Part shown: piece by piece, positions 38,611 to 53,300 of the stretch
Layout of the letters: every line of letters begins with the position of its first letter
Numbering within the stretch: position 1 is the first letter of the stretch
Source: Auanema rhodensis
Taxonomy: Eukaryota; Animalia; Nematoda
Assembly (NCBI GenBank): GCA_964057225.1
Contig: OZ059897.1
Location: forward strand, 17,670,001 to 17,734,000
Direction: 5' to 3'
Length of the DNA: 64,000 bases
The notes under the pieces: generated by a model
Seen by the model: the letters and a program-made list of their open reading frames with translations, nothing else
The model's database searches: none
What the model was told of the DNA's origin: nothing
Program-made: the position numbers and the translations under genes

Positions 38611-41600
38611 TTTTCGAAAAATTTCAAAATAATTTAGCAAAAAGTAGATGTTTTTAGATTCCTTTTTTCAAGGCAAAGACGATGGACAATGTTATTCAAC
38701 GAAAAAAACAATTCTTCAGGGTGAAAATCGAGGATATAAGTGTGAACTTATATCAGTTGATATCTCGGTGCATTTTTAAGCTAGCGCAAATCTGATAACA
38801 CAGATCGACGCAGCTTAAAAATCCACATCGAATGCACTATACTACATTGAAAAACGCTTAATACAAAAATTAGTTATGATCGTTTGAAAAATGATGCCTT
38901 AGTGTATGTTGAGTTTCCATGTACACTCAACATTGCTTCCAAAAACATTTTGACAAAAATTTTTTCGAAAAATTTCAAAATAATTTAGCAAAAAGTAGAT
39001 GTTTTTAGATTCCTTTTTTCAAGGCAAAGACGATGGACAATGTTATTCAACGAAAAAATTAATTCTTCAGGGTGAAAATCGAGGATATAAGTGTGAACTT
39101 ATATCAGTTGATATCTCGGTGCATTTTTAAGCTAGCGCAAATCTGATAACACAGATCGACGCAGCTTAAAAATCCGCATCGAATGCACTATACTACATTG
39201 AGAAACGCTTAATACAAAAATTAGTTATGATCGTTTGAAAAATGATGCATTAGTGTATGTTGAGTTTCCATGTACACTCAACATTGCTTCCAAAAACATT
39301 TTGACAAAAATTTTTTCGAAAAATTTCAAAATAATTTAGCAAAAAGTACATTTTTGTAGGTTCCTTTTTTCAAGGCAAAGACGATGGACAATGTTATTCA
39401 ACGAAAAAATTAATTCTTCAGGGTGAAAATCGAGGATATAAGTGTGAACTTATATCAGTTGATATCTCGGTGCATTTTTAAGCTAGCGCAAATCTGATAA
39501 CACAGATCGACGCAGCTTAAAAATCCGCATCGAATGCACTATACTACATTGAGAAACGCTTAATACAAAAATTAGTTATGATCGTTTGAAAAATGATGCA
39601 TTAGTGTATGTTGAGTTTCCATGTACACTCAACATTGCTTCCAAAAACATTTTGACAAAAATTTTTTCGAAAAATTTCAAAATAATTTAGCAAAAAGTAG
39701 ATGTTTTTAGATTTCTTTTTTCAAGGCAAAGACGATGGACAATGTTATTCAACGAAAAAATTAATTCTTCAGGGTGAAAATCGAGGATATAAGTGTGAAC
39801 TTATATCAGTTGATATCTCGGTGCATTTTTAAGCTAGCGCAAATCTGATAACACAGATCGACGCAGCTTAAAAATCCGCATCGAATGCACTATACTACAT
39901 TGAGAAACGCTTAATACAAAAATTAGTTATGATCGTTTGAAAAATGATGCATTAGTGTATGTTGAGTTTCCATGTACACTCAACATTGCTTCCAAAAACA
40001 TTTTGACAAAAATTTTTTCGAAAAATTTCAAAATAATTTAACAAAAAGTACATTTTTGTAGGTTCCTTTTTTCAAGGCAAAGACGATGGACAATGTTATC
40101 CAACGAAAAAATTAATTCTTCAGGGTGAAAATCGAGGATATAAGTGTGAACTTATATCAGTTGATATCTCGGTGCATTTTCAAGCTAGCGCAAATCTGAT
40201 AACACAGATCGACGCAGCTTAAAAATCCGCATCGAATGCACTATACTACATTGAGAAACGCTTAATACAAAAATTAGTTATGATCGTTTGAAAAATGATG
40301 CATTAGTGTATGTTGAGTTTCCATGTACACTCAACATTGCTTCCAAAAACATTTTGACAAAAATTTTTTCGAAAAATTTCAAAATAATTTAGCAAAAAGT
40401 AGATGTTTTTAGATTCCTTTTTTCAAGGCAAAGACGATGGACAATGTTATCCAACGAAAAAATTAATTCTTCAGGGTGAAAATCGAGGATATAAGTGTGA
40501 ACTTATATCAGTTGATATCTCGGTGCATTTTTAAGCTAGCGCAAATCTGATAACACAGATCGACGCAGCTTAAAAATCCGCATCGAATGCACTATACTAC
40601 ATTGAGAAACGCTTAATACAAAAATTAGTTATGATCGTTTGAAAAATGATGCATTAGTGTATGTTGAGTTTCCATGTACACTCAACATTGCTTCCAAAAA
40701 CATTTTGACAAAAATTTTTTCGAAAAATTTCAAAATAATTTAACAAAAAGTACATTTTTGTAGGTTCCTTTTTTCAAGGCAAAGACGATGGACAATGTTA
40801 TCCAACGAAAAAATTAATTCTTCAGGGTGAAAATCGAGGATATAAGTGTGAACTTATATCAGTTGATATCTCGGTGCATTTTTAAGCTAGCGCAAATCTG
40901 ATAACACAGATCGACGCAGCTTAAAAATCCGCATCGAATGCACTATACTACATTGAGAAACGCTTAATACAAAAATTAGTTATGATCGTTTGAAAAATGA
41001 TGCATTAGTGTATGTTGAGTTTCCATGTACACTCAACATTGCTTCCAAAAACATTTTGACAAAAATTTTTTCGAAAAATTTCAAAATAATTTAACAAAAA
41101 GTACATTTTTGTAGGTTCCTTTTTTCAAGGCAAAGACGATGGACAATGTTATCCAACGAAAAAATTAATTCTTCAGGGTGAAAATCGAGGATATAAGTGT
41201 GAACTTATATCAGTTGATATCTCGGTGCATTTTTAAGCTAGCGCAAATCTGATAACACAGATCGACGCAGCTTAAAAATCCGCATCGAATGCACTATACT
41301 ACATTGAGAAACGCTTAATACAAAAATTAGTTATGATCGTTTGAAAAATGATGCATTAGTGTATGTTGAGTTTCCATGTACACTCAACATTGCTTCCAAA
41401 AACATTTTGACAAAAATTTTTTCGAAAAATTTCAAAATAATTTAGCAAAAAGTAGATGTTTTTAGATTCCTTTTTTCAAGGCAAAGACGATGGACAATGT
41501 TATTCAACGAAAAAAACAATTCTTCAGGGTGAAAATCGAGGATATAAGTGTGAACTTATATCAGTTGATATCTCGGTGCATTTTTAAGCTAGCGCAAATC

Positions 41601-43875
41601 TGATAACACAGATCGACGCAGCTTAAAAATCCACATCGAATGCACTATACTACATTGAAAAACGCTTAATACAAAAATTAGTTATGATCGTTTGAAAAAT
41701 GATGCCTTAGTGTATGTTGAGTTTCCATGTACACTCAACATTGCTTCCAAAAACATTTTGACAAAAATTTTTTCGAAAAATTTCAAAATAATTTAGCAAA
41801 AAGTAGATGTTTTTAGATTCCTTTTTTCAAGGCAAAGACGATGGACAATGTTATTCAACGAAAAAATTAATTCTTCAGGGTGAAAATCGAGGATATAAGT
41901 GTGAACTTATATCAGTTGATATCTCGGTGCATTTTTAAGCTAGCGCAAATCTGATAACACAGATCGACGCAGCTTAAAAATCCGCATCGAATGCACTATA
42001 CTACATTGAGAAACGCTTAATACAAAAATTAGTTATGATCGTTTGAAAAATGATGCATTAGTGTATGTTGAGTTTCCATGTACACTCAACATTGCTTCCA
42101 AAAACATTTTGACAAAAATTTTTTCGAAAAATTTCAAAATAATTTAGCAAAAAGTACATTTTTGTAGGTTCCTTTTTTCAAGGCAAAGACGATGGACAAT
42201 GTTATTCAACGAAAAAATTAATTCTTCAGGGTGAAAATCGAGGATATAAGTGTGAACTTATATCAGTTGATATCTCGGTGCATTTTTAAGCTAGCGCAAA
42301 TCTGATAACACAGATCGACGCAGCTTAAAAATCCGCATCGAATGCACTATACTACATTGAGAAACGCTTAATACAAAAATTAGTTATGATCGTTTGAAAA
42401 ATGATGCATTAGTGTATGTTGAGTTTCCATGTACACTCAACATTGCTTCCAAAAACATTTTGACAAAAATTTTTTCGAAAAATTTCAAAATAATTTAGCA
42501 AAAAGTAGATGTTTTTAGATTTCTTTTTTCAAGGCAAAGACGATGGACAATGTTATTCAACGAAAAAATTAATTCTTCAGGGTGAAAATCGAGGATATAA
42601 GTGTGAACTTATATCAGTTGATATCTCGGTGCATTTTTAAGCTAGCGCAAATCTGATAACACAGATCGACGCAGCTTAAAAATCCGCATCGAATGCACTA
42701 TACTACATTGAGAAACGCTTAATACAAAAATTAGTTATGATCGTTTGAAAAATGATGCATTAGTGTATGTTGAGTTTCCATGTACACTCAACATTGCTTC
42801 CAAAAACATTTTGACAAAAATTTTTTCGAAAAATTTCAAAATAATTTAACAAAAAGTACATTTTTGTAGGTTCCTTTTTTCAAGGCAAAGACGATGGACA
42901 ATGTTATCCAACGAAAAAATTAATTCTTCAGGGTGAAAATCGAGGATATAAGTGTGAACTTATATCAGTTGATATCTCGGTGCATTTTCAAGCTAGCGCA
43001 AATCTGATAACACAGATCGACGCAGCTTAAAAATCCGCATCGAATGCACTATACTACATTGAGAAACGCTTAATACAAAAATTAGTTATGATCGTTTGAA
43101 AAATGATGCATTAGTGTATGTTGAGTTTCCATGTACACTCAACATTGCTTCCAAAAACATTTTGACAAAAATTTTTTCGAAAAATTTCAAAATAATTTAG
43201 CAAAAAGTAGATGTTTTTAGATTCCTTTTTTCAAGGCAAAGACGATGGACAATGTTATCCAACGAAAAAATTAATTCTTCAGGGTGAAAATCGAGGATAT
43301 AAGTGTGAACTTATATCAGTTGATATCTCGGTGCATTTTTAAGCTAGCGCAAATCTGATAACACAGATCGACGCAGCTTAAAAATCCGCATCGAATGCAC
43401 TATACTACATTGAGAAACGCTTAATACAAAAATTAGTTATGATCGTTTGAAAAATGATGCATTAGTGTATGTTGAGTTTCCATGTACACTCAACATTGCT
43501 TCCAAAAACATTTTGACAAAAATTTTTTCGAAAAATTTCAAAATAATTTAACAAAAAGTACATTTTTGTAGGTTCCTTTTTTCAAGGCAAAGACGATGGA
43601 CAATGTTATCCAACGAAAAAATTAATTCTTCAGGGTGAAAATCGAGGATATAAGTGTGAACTTATATCAGTTGATATCTCGGTGCATTTTTAAGCTAGCG
43701 CAAATCTGATAACACAGATCGACGCAGCTTAAAAATCCGCATCGAATGCACTATACTACATTGAGAAACGCTTAATACAAAAATTAGTTATGATCGTTTG
43801 AAAAATGATGCATTAGTGTATGTTGAGTTTCCATGTACACTCAACATTGCTTCCAAAAACATTTTGACAAAAATT
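38611..43875. repeat. 8-mer higher-order repeat (2808 bp), one full copy plus 7 of 8 monomers of a second
   Basis: The marker monomer (m98-99AC, m215A, m241A, m288C) is at 38611 and 41419, and m167 C is at 40181 and 42989. The monomer order between them is identical. Confidence 0.9.
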
Positions 43876-46800
43876 TTTTCGAAAAATTTCAAAATAATTT
43901 AGCAAAAAGTACATTTTTGTAGGTTCCTTTTTTCAAGGCAAAGACGATGGACAATGTTATTCAACGAAAAAATTAATTCTTCAGGGTGAAAATCGAGGAT
44001 ATAAGTGTGAACTTATATCAGTTGATATCTCGGTGCATTTTTAAGCTAGCGCAAATCTGATAACACAGATCGACGCAGCTTAAAAATCCGCATCGAATGC
44101 ACTATACTACATTGAGAAACGCTTAATACAAAAATTAGTTATGATCGTTTGAAAAATGATGCATTAGTGTATGTTGAGTTTCCATGTACACTCAACATTG
44201 CTTCCAAAAACATTTTGACAAAAATTTTTTCGAAAAATTTCAAAATAATTTAACAAAAAGTACATTTTTGTAGGTTCCTTTTTTCAAGGCAAAGACGATG
44301 GACAATGTTATCCAACGAAAAAATTAATTCTTCAGGGTGAAAATCGAGGATATAAGTGTGAACTTATATCAGTTGATATCTCGGTGCATTTTTAAGCTAG
44401 CGCAAATCTGATAACACAGATCGACGCAGCTTAAAAATCCGCATCGAATGCACTATACTACATTGAGAAACGCTTAATACAAAAATTAGTTATGATCGTT
44501 TGAAAAATGATGCATTAGTGTATGTTGAGTTTCCATGTACACTCAACATTGCTTCCAAAAACATTTTGACAAAAATTTTTTCGAAAAATTTCAAAATAAT
44601 TTAGCAAAAAGTAGATGTTTTTAGATTTCTTTTTTCAAGGCAAAGACGATGGACAATGTTATTCAACGAAAAAATTAATTCTTCAGGGTGAAAATCGAGG
44701 ATATAAGTGTGAACTTATATCAGTTGATATCTCGGTGCATTTTTAAGCTAGCGCAAATCTGATAACACAGATCGACGCAGCTTAAAAATCCGCATCGAAT
44801 GCACTATACTACATTGAGAAACGCTTAATACAAAAATTAGTTATGATCGTTTGAAAAATGATGCATTAGTGTATGTTGAGTTTCCATGTACACTCAACAT
44901 TGCTTCCAAAAACATTTTGACAAAAATTTTTTCGAAAAATTTCAAAATAATTTAGCAAAAAGTAGATGTTTTTAGATTTCTTTTTTCAAGGCAAAGACGA
45001 TGGACAATGTTATTCAACGAAAAAATTAATTCTTCAGGGTGAAAATCGAGGATATAAGTGTGAACTTATATCAGTTGATATCTCGGTGCATTTTTAAGCT
45101 AGCGCAAATCTGATAACACAGATCGACGCAGCTTAAAAATCCGCATCGAATGCACTATACTACATTGAGAAACGCTTAATACAAAAATTAGTTATGATCG
45201 TTTGAAAAATGATGCATTAGTGTATGTTGAGTTTCCATGTACACTCAACATTGCTTCCAAAAACATTTTGACAAAAATTTTTTCGAAAAATTTCAAAATA
45301 ATTTAACAAAAAGTACATTTTTGTAGGTTCCTTTTTTCAAGGCAAAGACGATGGACAATGTTATCCAACGAAAAAATTAATTCTTCAGGGTGAAAATCGA
45401 GGATATAAGTGTGAACTTATATCAGTTGATATCTCGGTGCATTTTCAAGCTAGCGCAAATCTGATAACACAGATCGACGCAGCTTAAAAATCCGCATCGA
45501 ATGCACTATACTACATTGAGAAACGCTTAATACAAAAATTAGTTATGATCGTTTGAAAAATGATGCATTAGTGTATGTTGAGTTTCCATGTACACTCAAC
45601 ATTGCTTCCAAAAACATTTTGACAAAAATTTTTTCGAAAAATTTCAAAATAATTTAGCAAAAAGTAGATGTTTTTAGATTCCTTTTTTCAAGGCAAAGAC
45701 GATGGACAATGTTATCCAACGAAAAAATTAATTCTTCAGGGTGAAAATCGAGGATATAAGTGTGAACTTATATCAGTTGATATCTCGGTGCATTTTTAAG
45801 CTAGCGCAAATCTGATAACACAGATCGACGCAGCTTAAAAATCCGCATCGAATGCACTATACTACATTGAGAAACGCTTAATACAAAAATTAGTTATGAT
45901 CGTTTGAAAAATGATGCATTAGTGTATGTTGAGTTTCCATGTACACTCAACATTGCTTCCAAAAACATTTTGACAAAAATTTTTTCGAAAAATTTCAAAA
46001 TAATTTAACAAAAAGTACATTTTTGTAGGTTCCTTTTTTCAAGGCAAAGACGATGGACAATGTTATCCAACGAAAAAATTAATTCTTCAGGGTGAAAATC
46101 GAGGATATAAGTGTGAACTTATATCAGTTGATATCTCGGTGCATTTTTAAGCTAGCGCAAATCTGATAACACAGATCGACGCAGCTTAAAAATCCGCATC
46201 GAATGCACTATACTACATTGAGAAACGCTTAATACAAAAATTAGTTATGATCGTTTGAAAAATGATGCATTAGTGTATGTTGAGTTTCCATGTACACTCA
46301 ACATTGCTTCCAAAAACATTTTGACAAAAATTTTTTCGAAAAATTTCAAAATAATTTAGCAAAAAGTACATTTTTGTAGGTTCCTTTTTTTAAGGCAAAG
46401 ACGATGGACAATGTTATTCAACGAAAAAATTAATTCTTCAGGGTGAAAATCGAGGATATAAGTGTGAACTTATATCAGTTGATATCTCGGTGCATTTTTA
46501 AGCTAGCGCAAATCTGATAACACAGATCGACGCAGCTTAAAAATCCGCATCGAATGCACTATACTACATTGAGAAACGCTTAATACAAAAATTAGTTATG
46601 ATCGTTTGAAAAATGATGCATTAGTGTATGTTGAGTTTCCATGTACACTCAACATTGCTTCCAAAAACATTTTGACAAAAATTTTTTCGAAAAATTTCAA
46701 AATAATTTAACAAAAAGTACATTTTTGTAGGTTCCTTTTTTCAAGGCAAAGACGATGGACAATGTTATCCAACGAAAAAATTAATTCTTCAGGGTGAAAA

Positions 46801-47385
46801 TCGAGGATATAAGTGTGAACTTATATCAGTTGATATCTCGGTGCATTTTTAAGCTAGCGCAAATCTGATAACACAGATCGACGCAGCTTAAAAATCCGCA
46901 TCGAATGCACTATACTACATTGAGAAACGCTTAATACAAAAATTAGTTATGATCGTTTGAAAAATGATGCATTAGTGTATGTTGAGTTTCCATGTACACT
47001 CAACATTGCTTCCAAAAACATTTTGACAAAAATTTTTTCGAAAAATTTCAAAATAATTTAGCAAAAAGTAGATGTTTTTAGATTTCTTTTTTCAAGGCAA
47101 AGACGATGGACAATGTTATTCAACGAAAAAATTAATTCTTCAGGGTGAAAATCGAGGATATAAGTGTGAACTTATATCAGTTGATATCTCGGTGCATTTT
47201 TAAGCTAGCGCAAATCTGATAACACAGATCGACGCAGCTTAAAAATCCGCATCGAATGCACTATACTACATTGAGAAACGCTTAATACAAAAATTAGTTA
47301 TGATCGTTTGAAAAATGATGCATTAGTGTATGTTGAGTTTCCATGTACACTCAACATTGCTTCCAAAAACATTTTGACAAAAATT
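42472..47385. repeat. 7-mer tandem duplication (2 x 2457 bp) derived from the 8-mer
   Basis: The order A(m51T), B(m167C), A(m86C), B, hybrid-B(m27G), B, A(m51T) is seen from 42472 and again from 44929. Confidence 0.8.
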
Positions 47386-50300
47386 TTTTCGAAAAATTTC
47401 AAAATAATTTAGCAAAAAGTAGATGTTTTTAGATTCCTTTTTTCAAGGCAAAGACGATGGACAATGTTATTCAACGAAAAAAACAATTCTTCAGGGTGAA
47501 AATCGAGGATATAAGTGTGAACTTATATCAGTTGATATCTCGGTGCATTTTTAAGCTAGCGCAAATCTGATAACACAGATCGACGCAGCTTAAAAATCCA
47601 CATCGAATGCACTATACTACATTGAAAAACGCTTAATACAAAAATTAGTTATGATCGTTTGAAAAATGATGCCTTAGTGTATGTTGAGTTTCCATGTACA
47701 CTCAACATTGCTTCCAAAAACATTTTGACAAAAATTTTTTCGAAAAATTTCAAAATAATTTAGCAAAAAGTAGATGTTTTTAGATTCCTTTTTTCAAGGC
47801 AAAGACGATGGACAATGTTATTCAACGAAAAAATTAATTCTTCAGGGTGAAAATCGAGGATATAAGTGTGAACTTATATCAGTTGATATCTCGGTGCATT
47901 TTTAAGCTAGCGCAAATCTGATAACACAGATCGACGCAGCTTAAAAATCCGCATCGAATGCACTATACTACATTGAGAAACGCTTAATACAAAAATTAGT
48001 TATGATCGTTTGAAAAATGATGCATTAGTGTATGTTGAGTTTCCATGTACACTCAACATTGCTTCCAAAAACATTTTGACAAAAATTTTTTCGAAAAATT
48101 TCAAAATAATTTAGCAAAAAGTACATTTTTGTAGGTTCCTTTTTTCAAGGCAAAGACGATGGACAATGTTATTCAACGAAAAAATTAATTCTTCAGGGTG
48201 AAAATCGAGGATATAAGTGTGAACTTATATCAGTTGATATCTCGGTGCATTTTTAAGCTAGCGCAAATCTGATAACACAGATCGACGCAGCTTAAAAATC
48301 CGCATCGAATGCACTATACTACATTGAGAAACGCTTAATACAAAAATTAGTTATGATCGTTTGAAAAATGATGCATTAGTGTATGTTGAGTTTCCATGTA
48401 CACTCAACATTGCTTCCAAAAACATTTTGACAAAAATTTTTTCGAAAAATTTCAAAATAATTTAGCAAAAAGTAGATGTTTTTAGATTTCTTTTTTCAAG
48501 GCAAAGACGATGGACAATGTTATTCAACGAAAAAATTAATTCTTCAGGGTGAAAATCGAGGATATAAGTGTGAACTTATATCAGTTGATATCTCGGTGCA
48601 TTTTTAAGCTAGCGCAAATCTGATAACACAGATCGACGCAGCTTAAAAATCCGCATCGAATGCACTATACTACATTGAGAAACGCTTAATACAAAAATTA
48701 GTTATGATCGTTTGAAAAATGATGCATTAGTGTATGTTGAGTTTCCATGTACACTCAACATTGCTTCCAAAAACATTTTGACAAAAATTTTTTCGAAAAA
48801 TTTCAAAATAATTTAACAAAAAGTACATTTTTGTAGGTTCCTTTTTTCAAGGCAAAGACGATGGACAATGTTATCCAACGAAAAAATTAATTCTTCAGGG
48901 TGAAAATCGAGGATATAAGTGTGAACTTATATCAGTTGATATCTCGGTGCATTTTTAAGCTAGCGCAAATCTGATAACACAGATCGACGCAGCTTAAAAA
49001 TCCGCATCGAATGCACTATACTACATTGAGAAACGCTTAATACAAAAATTAGTTATGATCGTTTGAAAAATGATGCATTAGTGTATGTTGAGTTTCCATG
49101 TACACTCAACATTGCTTCCAAAAACATTTTGACAAAAATTTTTTCGAAAAATTTCAAAATAATTTAGCAAAAAGTAGATGTTTTTAGATTCCTTTTTTCA
49201 AGGCAAAGACGATGGACAATGTTATTCAACGAAAAAAACAATTCTTCAGGGTGAAAATCGAGGATATAAGTGTGAACTTATATCAGTTGATATCTCGGTG
49301 CATTTTTAAGCTAGCGCAAATCTGATAACACAGATCGACGCAGCTTAAAAATCCACATCGAATGCACTATACTACATTGAAAAACGCTTAATACAAAAAT
49401 TAGTTATGATCGTTTGAAAAATGATGCCTTAGTGTATGTTGAGTTTCCATGTACACTCAACATTGCTTCCAAAAACATTTTGACAAAAATTTTTTCGAAA
49501 AATTTCAAAATAATTTAGCAAAAAGTAGATGTTTTTAGATTCCTTTTTTCAAGGCAAAGACGATGGACAATGTTATTCAACGAAAAAATTAATTCTTCAG
49601 GGTGAAAATCGAGGATATAAGTGTGAACTTATATCAGTTGATATCTCGGTGCATTTTTAAGCTAGCGCAAATCTGATAACACAGATCGACGCAGCTTAAA
49701 AATCCGCATCGAATGCACTATACTACATTGAGAAACGCTTAATACAAAAATTAGTTATGATCGTTTGAAAAATGATGCATTAGTGTATGTTGAGTTTCCA
49801 TGTACACTCAACATTGCTTCCAAAAACATTTTGACAAAAATTTTTTCGAAAAATTTCAAAATAATTTAGCAAAAAGTACATTTTTGTAGGTTCCTTTTTT
49901 CAAGGCAAAGACGATGGACAATGTTATTCAACGAAAAAATTAATTCTTCAGGGTGAAAATCGAGGATATAAGTGTGAACTTATATCAGTTGATATCTCGG
50001 TGCATTTTTAAGCTAGCGCAAATCTGATAACACAGATCGACGCAGCTTAAAAATCCGCATCGAATGCACTATACTACATTGAGAAACGCTTAATACAAAA
50101 ATTAGTTATGATCGTTTGAAAAATGATGCATTAGTGTATGTTGAGTTTCCATGTACACTCAACATTGCTTCCAAAAACATTTTGACAAAAATTTTTTCGA
50201 AAAATTTCAAAATAATTTAGCAAAAAGTAGATGTTTTTAGATTTCTTTTTTCAAGGCAAAGACGATGGACAATGTTATTCAACGAAAAAATTAATTCTTC

Positions 50301-53300
50301 AGGGTGAAAATCGAGGATATAAGTGTGAACTTATATCAGTTGATATCTCGGTGCATTTTTAAGCTAGCGCAAATCTGATAACACAGATCGACGCAGCTTA
50401 AAAATCCGCATCGAATGCACTATACTACATTGAGAAACGCTTAATACAAAAATTAGTTATGATCGTTTGAAAAATGATGCATTAGTGTATGTTGAGTTTC
50501 CATGTACACTCAACATTGCTTCCAAAAACATTTTGACAAAAATTTTTTCGAAAAATTTCAAAATAATTTAACAAAAAGTACATTTTTGTAGGTTCCTTTT
50601 TTCAAGGCAAAGACGATGGACAATGTTATCCAACGAAAAAATTAATTCTTCAGGGTGAAAATCGAGGATATAAGTGTGAACTTATATCAGTTGATATCTC
50701 GGTGCATTTTCAAGCTAGCGCAAATCTGATAACACAGATCGACGCAGCTTAAAAATCCGCATCGAATGCACTATACTACATTGAGAAACGCTTAATACAA
50801 AAATTAGTTATGATCGTTTGAAAAATGATGCATTAGTGTATGTTGAGTTTCCATGTACACTCAACATTGCTTCCAAAAACATTTTGACAAAAATTTTTTC
50901 GAAAAATTTCAAAATAATTTAGCAAAAAGTAGATGTTTTTAGATTCCTTTTTTCAAGGCAAAGACGATGGACAATGTTATCCAACGAAAAAATTAATTCT
51001 TCAGGGTGAAAATCGAGGATATAAGTGTGAACTTATATCAGTTGATATCTCGGTGCATTTTTAAGCTAGCGCAAATCTGATAACACAGATCGACGCAGCT
51101 TAAAAATCCGCATCGAATGCACTATACTACATTGAGAAACGCTTAATACAAAAATTAGTTATGATCGTTTGAAAAATGATGCATTAGTGTATGTTGAGTT
51201 TCCATGTACACTCAACATTGCTTCCAAAAACATTTTGACAAAAATTTTTTCGAAAAATTTCAAAATAATTTAACAAAAAGTACATTTTTGTAGGTTCCTT
51301 TTTTCAAGGCAAAGACGATGGACAATGTTATCCAACGAAAAAATTAATTCTTCAGGGTGAAAATCGAGGATATAAGTGTGAACTTATATCAGTTGATATC
51401 TCGGTGCATTTTTAAGCTAGCGCAAATCTGATAACACAGATCGACGCAGCTTAAAAATCCGCATCGAATGCACTATACTACATTGAGAAACGCTTAATAC
51501 AAAAATTAGTTATGATCGTTTGAAAAATGATGCATTAGTGTATGTTGAGTTTCCATGTACACTCAACATTGCTTCCAAAAACATTTTGACAAAAATTTTT
51601 TCGAAAAATTTCAAAATAATTTAGCAAAAAGTAGATGTTTTTAGATTCCTTTTTTCAAGGCAAAGACGATGGACAATGTTATTCAACGAAAAAATTAATT
51701 CTTCAGGGTGAAAATCGAGGATATAAGTGTGAACTTATATCAGTTGATATCTCGGTGCATTTTTAAGCTAGCGCAAATCTGATAACACAGATCGACGCAG
51801 CTTAAAAATCCGCATCGAATGCACTATACTACATTGAGAAACGCTTAATACAAAAATTAGTTATGATCGTTTGAAAAATGATGCATTAGTGTATGTTGAG
51901 TTTCCATGTACACTCAACATTGCTTCCAAAAACATTTTGACAAAAATTTTTTCGAAAAATTTCAAAATAATTTAACAAAAAGTACATTTTTGTAGGTTCC
52001 TTTTTTCAAGGCAAAGACGATGGACAATGTTATTCAACGAAAAAATTAATTCTTCAGGGTGAAAATCGAGGATATAAGTGTGAACTTATATCAGTTGATA
52101 TCTCGGTGCATTTTTAAGCTAGCGCAAATCTGATAACACAGATCGACGCAGCTTAAAAATCCGCATCGAATGCACTATACTACATTGAGAAACACTTGAT
52201 AAAAAAATTAGTTATGATCGTTTGAAAAATGATGCATTAGTGTATGTTGAGTTTCCATGTACACTCAACATTGCTTCCAAAAACATTTTGACAAAAATTT
52301 TTTCGAAAAATTTCAAAATAATTTAACAAAAAGTACATTTTTGTAGGTTCCTTTTTTCAAGGCAAAGACGATGGACAATGTTATTCAACGAAAAAATTAA
52401 TTCTTCAGGGTGAAAATCGAGGATATAAGTGTGAACTTATATCAGTTGATATCTCGGTGCATTTTTAAGCTAGCGCAAATCTGATAACACAGATCGACGC
52501 AGCTTAAAAATCCGCATCGAATGCACTATACTACATTGAGAAACGCTTAATACAAAAATTAGTTATGATCGTTTGAAAAATGATGCATTAGTGTATGTTG
52601 AGTTTCCATGTACACTCAACATTGCTTCCAAAAACATTTTGACAAAAATTTTTTCGAAAAATTTCAAAATAATTTAACAAAAAGTACATTTTTGTAGGTT
52701 CCTTTTTTCAAGGCAAAGACGATGGACAATGTTATTCAACGAAAAAATTAATTCTTCAGGGTGAAAATCGAGGATATAAGTGTGAACTTATATCAGTTGA
52801 TATCTCGGTGCATTTTTAAGCTAGCGCAAATCTGATAACACAGATCGACGCAGCTTAAAAATCCGCATCGAATGCACTATACTACATTGAGAAACGCTTA
52901 ATACAAAAATTAGTTATGATCGTTTGAAAAATGATGCATTAGTGTATGTTGAGTTTCCATGTACACTCAACATTGCTTCCAAAAACATTTTGACAAAAAT
53001 TTTTTCGAAAAATTTCAAAATAATTTAACAAAAAGTACATTTTTGTAGGTTCCTTTTTTCAAGGCAAAGACGATGGACAATGTTATTCAACGAAAAAATT
53101 AATTCTTCAGGGTGAAAATCGAGGATATAAGTGTGAACTTATATCAGTTGATATCTCGGTGCATTTTTAAGCTAGCGCAAATCTGATAACACAGATCGAC
53201 GCAGCTTAAAAATCCGCATCGAATGCACTATACTACATTGAGAAACACTTGATACAAAAATTAGTTATGATCGTTTGAAAAATGATGCATTAGTGTATGT

